Shown piece after piece: positions 9,305 through 18,652 of a stretch of 19,886 nt of DNA. Numbering within the stretch: the stretch's first letter is position 1; every line of letters begins with the position of its first letter. Below the pieces are notes generated by a model, which ran no database searches, was not told where the DNA came from, and worked only from the letters and a program-made list of their open reading frames with translations. Source of the DNA: Candidatus Bathyarchaeota archaeon (lineage in GTDB: Archaea > Thermoproteota > CALKCG01 > B24 > DRYS01). The stretch lies in assembly GCA_018396535.1 (NCBI GenBank), contig JAGTQC010000011.1:1-19886 (forward strand). The letters are read 5' to 3'. The position numbers and the translations under genes were made by a program.

Positions 9305-10084
9305 CTTCCTAAGATCCCTTACTATAATCTCAGCTACTCGTCTACCAGATAGTAGCATACCTCCGAATATTGGGCCCATCCTAGGTATACCGTACACAGC
9401 TGCTACAGACATACCTGCTACATATAGCCCAGGACATAAAGCTCCAGTCTTCTCTACTATAAGCTTCTCACCTTTCGAAACCCACATAGATGATTCACCC
9501 TTCAAGGATAGGTTTAGTTCAGGTATCCTTCTAGAAGCTATAGATACTACTTCAGCTTCATGTCCAGTACAATCGATTATAGCTTTAGATTTCAACGCTA
9601 GCGGATCTACATGGAGCGATGCAGCTATGGTGGAAGTCCACTGTACTACAACCCCCACTATCTTTACATGATCATCCTCGATCCTATAAACTACATCATC
9701 TACAGTTACCCCTAATACTATCTCAGCACCGGAATCTATGGCTGATGATGCGAGTTTAGCTATCATCTCAGCTGGATCTACTATGTATAGGTTTGTAGGT
9801 TTATGAAGCCTATACCTGCAGCCTACATCTCTAAGTATATCTAGAGCCTCCTCCTCTACTACGATAGCGGGTAGCTGCATACCTCCACCACCGATACCTC
9901 CACCGAAGGATAACCTCCTCTCGATTACTATAGTCTTCAACCCGTTTCTAGCTATGTATACAGCTGCTGTAAGACCTGCTGGACCTGCACCTACGATAAC
10001 TACATCTACATCTACTAGTCTAGATAGCTTCTCAGCTGAAGATTCTATGATAGCTTTCGATATGGATGATTCATCTATCTGCAT
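9296..10084 (-). CDS. thi4: Sulfide-dependent (His-type, non-Cys) ADP-thiazole synthase Thi4
   Basis: GAGPAG, GGGIGGGGM, LHVDP, DCTGH and PRMGPIFGGMLLSG motifs; likely ATG at 10084 after GGGTGG SD. Confidence 0.93.
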   Translation of the reverse strand: MQIDESSISKAIIESSAEKLSRLVDVDVVIVGAGPAGLTAAVYIARNGLKTIVIERRLSFGGGIGGGGMQLPAIVVEEEALDILRDVGCRYRLHKPTNLYIVDPAEMIAKLASSAIDSGAEIVLGVTVDDVVYRIEDDHVKIVGVVVQWTSTIAASLHVDPLALKSKAIIDCTGHEAEVVSIASRRIPELNLSLKGESSMWVSKGEKLIVEKTGALCPGLYVAGMSVAAVYGIPRMGPIFGGMLLSGRRVAEIIVRDLRKLS

Positions 10085-10154
10085 ACATCGATCCACCCGT
10101 ATAGTTTACCCATTCAGATATGGTATTAGAGGTATTTAAAGTCTAGGAGGGGGT

Positions 10155-10463
10155 TTATCCTAGTTGGAGTCTCATAATCCTGCATAACTCGCATATATAC
10201 TCCTCTTTGAATACCCTATCCGAGACTATGCTATTTACGATGCTATCTAGAATCCTCCTAGCTTCGGGTATGGATTGAAGCTTCTCGGTAAACCTACCTC
10301 CACGTTTAATATTCATGTAGTGGCTTATAGCAGCTTGGGTAGTACCTAGGATCTTAGCTACTGAGGATTGTGTATACCCGTATTCTTCTATAAGTCTACG
10401 AGCTATAAGAGCTCTTATAGCTGGAAGTATGTATTTGGTAGATGATTCGCAGGGAGGTTTCAT
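10155..10463 (-). CDS. Small XRE-type HTH transcriptional regulator (COG2522-like, resembles the ThiR N-terminal domain) with C-terminal CxxC
   Basis: MKPPCE...LPAIRALIAR..YGYTQSSVAKILGTTQAAISHY..KRG...ICELC; TTTAATA promoter about 25 nt before the ATG at 10463. Confidence 0.85.
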   Translation of the reverse strand: MKPPCESSTKYILPAIRALIARRLIEEYGYTQSSVAKILGTTQAAISHYMNIKRGGRFTEKLQSIPEARRILDSIVNSIVSDRVFKEEYICELCRIMRLQLG

Positions 10464-10568
10464 ACAGAGATTTAGAAGTATTACATGGTTATTAAACATT
10501 TTCCTCCCATCTATCCTTCTATTATTTCGTTAGATTGGGGTATGTTTATATCTATCCCTCTTCTATTA

Positions 10569-10599
10569 TGTTACCAGTTTTGTTATCATTTTTGTAACA
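10569..10599 (+). promoter_or_regulatory. Putative operator: three TGTWAYCA-like repeats at 12-bp period
   Basis: TGTTACCA (10569), TGTTATCA (10581), TGTAACA (10593). The outer copies form a TGTTAC/GTAACA inverted pair immediately upstream of an RHH-like gene. Confidence 0.45.
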
Positions 10600-10610
10600 G
10601 GGGGTTGTGT

Positions 10611-10985
10611 ATGCCTCAGAAGCAGGTTGGGTGGAGGTTTGATCCATGGATTTTGGATAGGTTTAGGGAGGTTTGTAGATCGAATGGGTTTAGGCCATCT
10701 AGGGTTGTGGAGGAGTTTATGAGGGTTGTTGTAGATGTTGGTGATCCTAGGATTGTGTTGGATAGGGTTTCTAGGATTAGCAGTATGGAGGGGAGGGGTG
10801 TTGAGAGGCAGGCTAGGATACTATTATCTATGCTTAGGAGGGGGGTGTATTGGCTCTATGATGGTGATGAATCCTATAGCGTAGAGTTTATGTTATTGAA
10901 ATTGATACCGCGTATAGAGGATGAGGAGTTAGCTAGAGAGATAGAGGAGGAGTTATCTAAGATTAAGGGTGAAGATTACGAGTAG
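10611..10985 (+). CDS. Hypothetical protein with N-terminal ribbon-helix-helix-like domain
   Basis: ATG at 10611 after GGGGG; KQVGWRFDPWILDRFREVCRSNGFRPSRVVEEFMR fits a beta-alpha-alpha RHH pattern. Confidence 0.65.
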   Translation: MPQKQVGWRFDPWILDRFREVCRSNGFRPSRVVEEFMRVVVDVGDPRIVLDRVSRISSMEGRGVERQARILLSMLRRGVYWLYDGDESYSVEFMLLKLIPRIEDEELAREIEEELSKIKGEDYE

Positions 10986-11149
10986 GGTGGGTTCTAGAAT
11001 ATTCGTCTATCAGCTAGGATCTATTCTAATCATACCCTACATCCATAACTATCATATTTATCTTATGGTATAGTATACGGATCCCTACGGTTAGAAAAGC
11101 TTCGTTAAGATTTATAAAATATACATCATGCAAACTATCATATAGCAGT

Positions 11150-11743
11150 ATGGTTAGGATAGCTGATATAGAAGAACTTTTACAAAGATATGCTAAAGAC
11201 GGAGATTTAGAAAAGGCTGATGCCCTATACCTTCTATGCACAACTGATTTTGAAGAAGCTAAGGAAACTCTGAAAGCTAGGTATGGTAGATCCGAAGCTT
11301 TAAACTATGTTATAAGCGATCTTTTAAAAATCACCGGTATAGACCTATCGTATACGTATATAATGCATATAGAAGATAGCTGTAAAGGTTTAGAAGATAT
11401 AGTTAGAAACTTCTTTAAACAGCTATGCTTAGATATGGTTATAGAATACGCGAAGAGATACTTGAATAATCTAAGTAGAAGTGCTAGAGAAATCCTCTAT
11501 ATAATCTCCATAATATACCCGGAGCAGGTATCCGTAAATGAACTATCCAAATTCTACAAGATAATATTTCAGCGAGATATAGCGAAGAATGAGTTAGAGA
11601 AAGCTCTAGTAGAGCTTAGAAAATGCTATATAATACAAGACTCCCATCTAAAACTCCCACCATACATCGAAGAACTATTCTCCGAAATAAAATATGTTAT
11701 CCCGAAAGTCGAGATAAAGATATCATGGTTAGAGAATATCTAA
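11150..11743 (+). CDS. Hypothetical protein with possible C-terminal winged-helix domain
   Basis: 197-aa ORF with TTTATAAA box at about 11111; LSRSAREILYII...VSVNEL...LEKALVELRKCYII is wHTH-like. Confidence 0.6.
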   Translation: MVRIADIEELLQRYAKDGDLEKADALYLLCTTDFEEAKETLKARYGRSEALNYVISDLLKITGIDLSYTYIMHIEDSCKGLEDIVRNFFKQLCLDMVIEYAKRYLNNLSRSAREILYIISIIYPEQVSVNELSKFYKIIFQRDIAKNELEKALVELRKCYIIQDSHLKLPPYIEELFSEIKYVIPKVEIKISWLENI

Positions 11744-11830
11744 ACTCCTAGATACCAATCCATACTAAACTATAACGAGAAAGAGTAAAATCATATGGAG
11801 TATAGTATCAAAGATTTAACAACAATCCGA

Positions 11831-11956
11831 TCAAACCCTCTCAGGATGCTCAAACCTAGCTAACCTAACCCTACCCCTATGCCTCCTCCTCAAATGCCTA
11901 TTCAACCCTTCTAGATCATCAAATCTCTCACCACAAAATGGGCATAAAAAAGACAT
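11831..11956 (-). CDS. 41-aa C2H2 zinc-finger microprotein (not in ORF track)
   Basis: MSFLCPFCGERFDDLEGLNRHLRRRHRGRVRLARFEHPERV*: F-x-C-x2-C-x3-F-x5-L-x2-H-x4-H; AGGTG SD before the ATG. Confidence 0.8.
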   Translation of the reverse strand: MSFLCPFCGERFDDLEGLNRHLRRRHRGRVRLARFEHPERV

Positions 11957-11993
11957 AATACACCTACACCGCTCCACACAGGATATAGCAGCC

Positions 11994-12707
11994 CTACCCG
12001 CCATACACCGCTCTCAACCCTAGGATATCACCTAATCCTAGACTTCTCTTATAAATCTCACCTAGACTAGCATAGCCATACATGGTTAACCAGTAATCTT
12101 TATCATCGTATAGATCATCTAAACCACACCAATGACCAAATTCATGAGTCATAATATTCTGAACATCCATCCTACCCGGCTCACCGTTTAAACTCCATTT
12201 ATAGAATGTATTTAGTAGAGTATCCGTTTCGATTATAGTATCACCAGTATACCATATATAAGTAACAGCTATAACACCAGCCCTATAAGAACCCCAAGAG
12301 ATAACGTTAAACCTATCATACCTACCAGCTTTCCTACTAGTCACACCCATATACTTGAAAACCTCGAAAGACGTCTCCTTATCCCACGTACCAGCTGCCT
12401 CAACTATAACAGATACAACACTATCAGATCTAAAACCATAACTATTCGATGGATTAATCCAAAAACTCGCAGTAACCTTCCACCTAAACGGAAGCAACTT
12501 ATAGTCAGAATTACTCATCGAATCATCCTTTGAAGGAATAGCGTTAGAGATAGCTCTACCATTCACTCGTTCAATAACCCATTCTAAAACTATCAACCTA
12601 GGCTGTAGAGATAATAGCGATATAGGCGTAGCAGCAAGCGAAAACACCATCAGAGATACTAGAAACGCTAAGATAAGAGATCTAAATCGAATCAAATATT
12701 CATCCAT
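11994..12707 (-). CDS. Secreted or membrane-anchored matrixin-like (M10) zinc metallopeptidase
   Basis: N-terminal hydrophobic signal, HEFGHWCGLDD zinc motif (third ligand Asp) and TMYG Met-turn. Confidence 0.85.
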   Translation of the reverse strand: MDEYLIRFRSLILAFLVSLMVFSLAATPISLLSLQPRLIVLEWVIERVNGRAISNAIPSKDDSMSNSDYKLLPFRWKVTASFWINPSNSYGFRSDSVVSVIVEAAGTWDKETSFEVFKYMGVTSRKAGRYDRFNVISWGSYRAGVIAVTYIWYTGDTIIETDTLLNTFYKWSLNGEPGRMDVQNIMTHEFGHWCGLDDLYDDKDYWLTMYGYASLGEIYKRSLGLGDILGLRAVYGG

Positions 12708-12831
12708 GAATATATATGGCGAGATAACTAGTATTTAAACCTTCCAGATACATGTAAAACCTCCATAACATAATCGATAGATTTCCCAAGTATACCAGTT
12801 CTAGAGAGGATATCTGTAACCGCTCACTGTA

Positions 12832-12906
12832 TGGACCCGCCGGGATTCGAACCCGGGACCTCCGGCTCCGCAGGCCAGCGTCCTATCCTGGCTAGACGAC
12901 GGGTCC
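12832..12906 (-). tRNA. tRNA-Arg (anticodon GCG), intronless, CCA not encoded
   Basis: GGACCCG/CGGGTCC acceptor stem, CTGGC-CTGCGGA-GCCGG anticodon arm and GGTTCGAATCC T arm. Confidence 0.96.
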
Positions 12907-12985
12907 AAACCTAGTATAAACTCTACTCTCCTATATTACTGTTTAACACTTAATAACCTATATCAACTATGGTATTTAGCGTGGT

Positions 12986-14335
12986 ATGGTATTTAAAGCT
13001 CTAACTATAGCTGGATCCGATTCAGGTGGAGGTGCAGGTATACAAGCCGATCTAAAAACATTCAATGCATTAAAGGTATACGGGTTAACTGTCATAACAG
13101 CTGTTACAGCTCAGAATACGGTAGAGGTTAGAAGCATATACCCTCTACCAGCAGAGTTTATCAGATACCAGCTAGAAGCCGTAGCCTACGATATAGGCTT
13201 CGACTCTGCTAAAACCGGTATGATATACGGTGAAGATCAGATAGATGCCATAGCTAGATTCTTCCACGAGAATCCTAAACCTCTCGTAATCGATCCGGTT
13301 TACAAAGCTACGGTAGGAGCTGATCTTACAACTAGTAAAGCTTACGAAGTTCTAAAACATAAGCTCATACCCATAGCTACGGTTATAACACCCAATATCG
13401 ATGAGGCATCCATACTCGCAGGCTTTAAGATAGATGATATAGATGATGCTGTTAAAGCTGCTGAAGCTATAGCTGAACTCGGATGCGAAACCGTAGTCGT
13501 TAAGGGTGGACATCTAAAAGGTGATAGAGTAGTAGACGTAGTATATCGTCGAGGTAGGGTAAGGTTTCTAGAATCTATAAGGGTTGAGGGTGGAACACAT
13601 GGAGCTGGATGCAGTTTCTCAGCAGCTATAACAGCGTATATAGCTAGAGGCTTACCGATAGATGAAGCTATAGATAGAGCTAAAGAGTTTATAATAGATG
13701 CTATAAGATTCAGCGAGTCTATAGGTAGAGGTGTCAAACCTGTAAACCCTCTAGCTACGTTGTATAGGGATTCTGAAAGGTTTAGAATAGTATCGATGCT
13801 AGAGGAGGCTATGAGTAGGCTAGAAGGTTTGAAAAACCTATCTAAGCTTATACCTGAGGTTAGATCAAACCTAGTTATGAGTCTACCATACCCTAGAGGT
13901 TTAGAAGATGTAGCTGGATACCCATCTAGGATAGCCCCATATAGAGATGGAGTGAAAGCCTTTTCGAAACCAGAATTCGGTGTTAGTAAGCATCTAGCTA
14001 GAGCAGTACTAGAACTTCAAAAACTCGGATTCGATATAAGATCAGCTATCAATATAAGATACTCTGAAGAATTGATAGAAGCATGTAGAAGGATAGGGTT
14101 CAAAATAGGATTCTATGATAGACGTGAAGAACCTGAGGATATCAAGAAGATAGAGGGTGCTACGATACCATGGGGTATACGTAGAGCTATCGAAAACCTA
14201 GGCGGATGCAAACCAGATATCATATACCATATGGGTGACTGGGGTAAGGAGCCTATGATACTCATACTAGGTAGAGACCCATCCGAGGTCGTCGATAAAC
14301 TCGAAACTATACTAAAGGCTATAGGTGATAACTAG
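12986..14335 (+). CDS. thiDN: Bifunctional HMP/HMP-P kinase ThiD fused to thiamine-phosphate synthase ThiN
   Basis: [22 protein letters not shown] and HGAGCSFS (ThiD); IPEVRSN, SAINIRY, DRREEP and GDWGKEPM (ThiN). Confidence 0.95.
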   Translation: MVFKALTIAGSDSGGGAGIQADLKTFNALKVYGLTVITAVTAQNTVEVRSIYPLPAEFIRYQLEAVAYDIGFDSAKTGMIYGEDQIDAIARFFHENPKPLVIDPVYKATVGADLTTSKAYEVLKHKLIPIATVITPNIDEASILAGFKIDDIDDAVKAAEAIAELGCETVVVKGGHLKGDRVVDVVYRRGRVRFLESIRVEGGTHGAGCSFSAAITAYIARGLPIDEAIDRAKEFIIDAIRFSESIGRGVKPVNPLATLYRDSERFRIVSMLEEAMSRLEGLKNLSKLIPEVRSNLVMSLPYPRGLEDVAGYPSRIAPYRDGVKAFSKPEFGVSKHLARAVLELQKLGFDIRSAINIRYSEELIEACRRIGFKIGFYDRREEPEDIKKIEGATIPWGIRRAIENLGGCKPDIIYHMGDWGKEPMILILGRDPSEVVDKLETILKAIGDN

Positions 14336-14584
14336 AATTTAGGGCTCAAACTATGATTCATACCTCTTAAACCACCATCAAAAATCAAAGCATCGCTATA
14401 CCCACTAACCTAGTTAGAAAGCGTGAAGGTAGCTTCTACACCCCTAACATTAAGCCTAATGGATAACATTGCCTCAAGTACTAGCTTATCCTTTAGCATA
14501 GTGTTTAAAGCTTTCCTTATATAGGGTAGGAGATTTAGGAAATTTTATATAAGTTTACCATAGATGTTTACCTTGGTGTTTTAA

Positions 14585-14813
14585 ATGGGGTATGTAACAG
14601 TATCCGCTAAGATTCCAAAAGAGTTGAAGGAAGCTTCTAGATAAGTATAACATAAAACCTGGATCTATTATTAGGAGAGCTCTCGAAGAAGAGGTTAGGA
14701 AGCGGATACTTGAAGAGCTAGAGGAGCTATCTAGAAAACTATCTAAAGAGCTATCCCAGATAACTGATGAAGAGATAGTTGAGCTGATACGGGAGTATAG
14801 GGAAGGTAGATAG
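14585..14813 (+). pseudogene. vapB: Frameshifted RHH-type antitoxin (VapB-like)
   Basis: MGYVTVSAKIPKELK stops at TAA 14642. The +1 frame continues KLLDKYNIKPGSIIRRALEEEVRKR...EIVELIREYREGR* to 14813. Confidence 0.75.
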
Positions 14814-15211
14814 CTCTGTATCTCTACAATACAGGTGCCGTATTGAATCTTGTGAAAAGAGGATGTGTGAAAGTTTTCGTAGAGGGATGTACTATAGATC
14901 TTGCTATATACGAAGCTATTAACGCCGTCTGGAAAGAGTGCTATATACTTAAGAAGATAAATGTAGAGGTAGTTTACAAGTTAATCGAGCTACTATCCAA
15001 GATCTTCAATATACTAGATTCGTATAGTATAAGAGGATCTGAAAGAGAGGTATTGGAGATAGCCGTAAAAGAAGGGATAACAGTTTATGATACATCCTAT
15101 ATCTATATCGTAGTACGAGATAAATTAACACTAGTAACCGACGATAAGAAACTTATAAATACCGCTAAAAAATACGTTAACATAGCAACAACTACACAGA
15201 TTACCATATAA
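14810..15211 (+). pseudogene. vapC: PIN-domain VapC toxin, probably degenerate
   Basis: YEAINAVWK, ITVYDTSY and LVTDDKKL motifs. The N-terminal strand reads ATA-ALYLYNTGAVLN, so the start is ATA and the first catalytic Asp appears as Asn. The track's TTG at 14843 omits this strand. Confidence 0.7.
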
Positions 15212-15312
15212 AGTATTTAGTTCATTTCTAGATTAAAAGTAGCTAAATCTCTAGAGGAGTGTAAGAAGGTAGGATAGAATCCATCATGAAATGAATGCGA
15301 GACACCCTTCCT

Positions 15313-15375
15313 GGAGCCTCCGATACCCCAGGAATCTATCACTAATCATCGTAGATGACTTTCTTCATCGGCTCC
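15313..15375 (-). ncRNA. Box C/D guide sRNA
   Basis: GGAGCC/GGCTCC terminal stem enclosing C-like ATGAAGA, a 12-nt guide, D' ATGA, C' GTGATAG, a 13-nt guide and D-like CGGA; TTTAATATA box 25 nt upstream (15400-15408). Confidence 0.72.
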
Positions 15376-15425
15376 GATAACTATCCTAGCTCCTAAGCCT
15401 ATATTAAACCTTTTAATCATTAATC

Positions 15426-17489
15426 CTATATAGGGCATACACCCGATGGGCATCCAGCTTCCTCGCTAGCACCCACGTACAATACTTGCTGCGATTTACT
15501 ACCATACCTATAGACCGTTACACCCTTACACTTCAACTTATATGCTAGCATGAAGACTCTTCTAACATCCTCTAGTGTAGCATCAGAGGGTAGGTTTACG
15601 GTTTTAGCTACAGCATTATCTACATATCTCTGGAATGCTGCTTGTATCTCTACATGCCATCTAGGATCTACTTCTAGAGCTGTTACAAACAATCTTTTAA
15701 CATCTTCAGGTATTCCTTGAACATTACGAAGAGTCCCCTTACGCGCTACCTCGACTACTAGATCATCACTATAAAATCCACGCTCCTTAGCTATCTCTAC
15801 GAATAGCCTATTAACATCTATGAGTCGTGTACCCTCCAGTACCTCTCTAACATATGCTACAGCGAATAGAGGCTCTATACTACTACTAGTACCAGCTACT
15901 ATGCTTATACTACCTGTAGGAGCTATCGATGTAAGGGTAGCATTCCTCATAGCATCATATCTCCCAGCCCATATACTATCCTCGAACGATGGGAAGGAGC
16001 CTCTAATCCTACCAAGCTCTACAGATTTCTCCCTAGCAGTCTCAGATATGAATCTCATAAGCTTCTCTGCGAAGGATACAGCCTCCATAGAATCGTATGG
16101 TATACCTAGCTGTATAAGCATCTCTGCAAACCCCATAACACCCAACCCTATCTTACGATTAAGCTTAGTCATACGCTCTATCTCTGGTAGCGGATACCTA
16201 TTCACATCGATAACGTTATCTAGGAAGTGTACAGCTTCTCTAACAGTATAAGCGAGCCTATCCCAATCCACATCACCACTCCTCCTATCTACGAATCTAG
16301 ATAGGTTTATAGATCCTAGATTACAAGATTCGTAGGGTAGAAGCGGTACCTCACCACATGGATTAGTAGCTTCTATCACTCCAAGCTTAGGTGTAGGATT
16401 ATGCCTATTTATCTCATCTATGAATATCAATCCAGGATCACCAGTCCTCCAAGCCTGATTAACTATTAAGCTGAATACATCATTAGCTGGAAGCTTCTTA
16501 ACGACCAAACCAGTCCTAGGATTTATAAGAGAATACTCACTATTCTCATCCACACACTTCATAAACTCATCGGTAACAGCTACAGATATGTTGAAGTTTC
16601 TTAAAGCCCCCTCCTCACTCTTAGCCATTATAAACTTTATTATATCAGGATGATCAACTCTGAGTATACCCATATTAGCACCCCTACGTTTACCACCCTG
16701 CTTTATAACCTCTGTAGCTACATCGAAAATCCTCATAAAAGATACTGGACCTGAAGCAACACCCCTAGTACTCTTCACTATATCGCCTTCAGGTCTAAGC
16801 CTACTAAACGAGAAGCCTGTACCACCACCAGATTTATGGATTAAAGCCATAGCTTTCAACGCATCGAATATACTCTCTATCGAATCATCTATAGGCAATA
16901 CGAAGCATGCTGAAAGCTGACCTATCTCAGTACCAGCATTCATAAGCGTCGGCGAGTTTGGAAGCCAATCTAAGCTAGCCATCATCCTATAGAAGTTCTT
17001 CTCCACGTTAGATACCTCATCCCATGACGCTCCGTAGAATCTATCAGCTAAAGCTATGGCATGAGCAACTCTAGCGAACATCTGGCTAGGAGTCTCTATT
17101 ATCCTACCATCAAGATCTCTTAGAAGATACCTCCTCTCTAAGAGTCTTACAGCGTTAACTGTAAGCTTAAGGTCATCGTATACGCCTATGATACGTTTTA
17201 AACTCCTTATATCCGCTCTCATCCTACGATAGAGTATATACTCTTTAGCAACCCTAGCATATCCATGCCTTATAAGCGTCTCCTCAACTATATCCTGTAT
17301 ATCCTCTACGCTAGGTATAGAATCCTTAAACTTCTCTTCTACGATAGATACAACGGCTTTAGTAAGCTTAGCTACAGATTCACCATCACTCTCGCCTACA
17401 GCGTTGAAAGCCTTCATTATAGCATTATATATACGGTTAGGATCAAACGCTTCTAGCCTACCATTCCTCTTCCTAACATAGGAAACCAT
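15426..17489 (-). CDS. nrdJ: Class II (adenosylcobalamin-dependent) ribonucleotide reductase with N-terminal ATP-cone
   Basis: VRKRNG ATP-cone, [33 protein letters not shown] and APTGSIS motifs; C-terminal CPSGVC; likely ATG at 17489. No intein visible. Confidence 0.93.
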   Translation of the reverse strand: MVSYVRKRNGRLEAFDPNRIYNAIMKAFNAVGESDGESVAKLTKAVVSIVEEKFKDSIPSVEDIQDIVEETLIRHGYARVAKEYILYRRMRADIRSLKRIIGVYDDLKLTVNAVRLLERRYLLRDLDGRIIETPSQMFARVAHAIALADRFYGASWDEVSNVEKNFYRMMASLDWLPNSPTLMNAGTEIGQLSACFVLPIDDSIESIFDALKAMALIHKSGGGTGFSFSRLRPEGDIVKSTRGVASGPVSFMRIFDVATEVIKQGGKRRGANMGILRVDHPDIIKFIMAKSEEGALRNFNISVAVTDEFMKCVDENSEYSLINPRTGLVVKKLPANDVFSLIVNQAWRTGDPGLIFIDEINRHNPTPKLGVIEATNPCGEVPLLPYESCNLGSINLSRFVDRRSGDVDWDRLAYTVREAVHFLDNVIDVNRYPLPEIERMTKLNRKIGLGVMGFAEMLIQLGIPYDSMEAVSFAEKLMRFISETAREKSVELGRIRGSFPSFEDSIWAGRYDAMRNATLTSIAPTGSISIVAGTSSSIEPLFAVAYVREVLEGTRLIDVNRLFVEIAKERGFYSDDLVVEVARKGTLRNVQGIPEDVKRLFVTALEVDPRWHVEIQAAFQRYVDNAVAKTVNLPSDATLEDVRRVFMLAYKLKCKGVTVYRYGSKSQQVLYVGASEEAGCPSGVCPI

Positions 17490-17779
17490 AACTATCCTCA
17501 AAATATTATGACTAGGAACTTCGAGATAAATATGATCGAAATATACTAGGAGAACTTATCAAACAATAAATTCACCATTTCTAAGAAGAGGAATGGGGCT
17601 TACCCACCATACAGCTTAAGCTTCTAGCCTCCATACTAGCCCCTACCATACTGGTGAAGAATGGGTGAAGGAGAAGTTTATAGGATCTGGTATGGTAGAA
17701 GATCCGTTCTATAGCTATTTAAAGCATAGGGCTAAAGTAAGAGATATATGGAAGCTAATATTATGATCATGATATTCGT

Positions 17780-18652
17780 ATGGAGGAGGAGATCTATAGA
17801 GCGGTTTTAATCGCTCAGAAGAATGAGATTACTGAGTATCATATCTATAGGAAGCTAGCTCAATCCATGGGTAATCCTAGTAATAGAGATGTTTTAAAAC
17901 GTATCTCAGGAGAAGAGCTTAAGCATTATGAATTTTGGAGAAGGTATACGTGTAAAGATGTCGAGCCTAGTAGGCTTAAGATCTGGGCGTACTCTATAAT
18001 CTCTAAGATTTCTGGAATAACCTTCGGGATAAAGCTCATGGAGAGGGGGGAGGAGAAGGCTAAAGCTATATACAAGAGGATAGCAAACCATTTTCCCGAA
18101 GCATGTAGCATAATCGAGGATGAAGATATACATGAAAGAGAGCTTATGAATCTAATAGATGAGGAGAGGCTTAGATACATTAGCTCTATAATCCTAGGCT
18201 TAAACGATGCACTTATCGAACTTACAGGTGCTCTCGTCGGATTTGCATTCGCTCTCCAGGAAGCTCGTTTAGTTGCTGTCACAGGTTTGATAACAGGGAT
18301 TGCTGGAGCTCTCTCGATGACTACATCAGAGTATTTATCGACTAAATCTGAAACAGATACTAGAAGTCCTCTTAAAGCAGCTTCATATACGGGTATAACA
18401 TACATTATCACAGTCCTATCCCTAATACTACCATACATTCTCCTATCAGAAATCCATATATGTATATGCATATCGTTAATCAACGCTGTAATACTCATCT
18501 TCATCTTCACCTTCTACATCTCCGTAGCTAAAGATTTACCATTTAAGAGAAGATTCCTAGAAATGACTTTGATAAGTCTAGGAATAGCATGCCTAACCTT
18601 CCTTATAGGCCTCCTTGTAAGGATATTCCTAAATATAGAAGTACTGGATTGA
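17780..18652 (+). CDS. Rubrerythrin/ferritin-like domain fused to VIT1/CCC1 iron transporter (MbfA-like)
   Basis: E..EY, EELKH, ERGE and EDIHE diiron-type ligands; LGLNDAL..., GALSM..SEYLS and about 5 TM segments. Confidence 0.88.
   Translation: MEEEIYRAVLIAQKNEITEYHIYRKLAQSMGNPSNRDVLKRISGEELKHYEFWRRYTCKDVEPSRLKIWAYSIISKISGITFGIKLMERGEEKAKAIYKRIANHFPEACSIIEDEDIHERELMNLIDEERLRYISSIILGLNDALIELTGALVGFAFALQEARLVAVTGLITGIAGALSMTTSEYLSTKSETDTRSPLKAASYTGITYIITVLSLILPYILLSEIHICICISLINAVILIFIFTFYISVAKDLPFKRRFLEMTLISLGIACLTFLIGLLVRIFLNIEVLD

Noticed and set aside
10085-10154. TPP riboswitch upstream of thi4 (also checked upstream of thiDN)
   Set aside because: The leaders are too short and lack the conserved CUGAGA/AUACC..ACCUGA core.
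10485-10610. Upstream extension of the RHH-like ORF, and the 10499 start of the regulator
   Set aside because: The two starts would overlap each other and cover promoter elements; ATG 10611 and ATG 10463 fit better.
12832-12870. att-site duplication of the tRNA-Arg 3' end, or an integrase
   Set aside because: No second copy or tyrosine recombinase found in the window.
14332-14499. Short minus-strand frame MLKDKLVLEAML... with internal TAG
   Set aside because: 29 codons before the stop, no recognisable family and no recoding evidence.
17590-17766. Plus-strand fragment EEWVKEKFIGSGMVEDPFYSYLKHRAK
   Set aside because: Possibly a gene remnant, but no assignable family or convincing start.
7014-18510. 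ORFs 7014..7292, 9954..10139, 11026..11241, 13342..13737, 15820..16251, 17265..17456, 17906..18133, 17926..18510
   Set aside because: Antisense shadows of well-supported genes.
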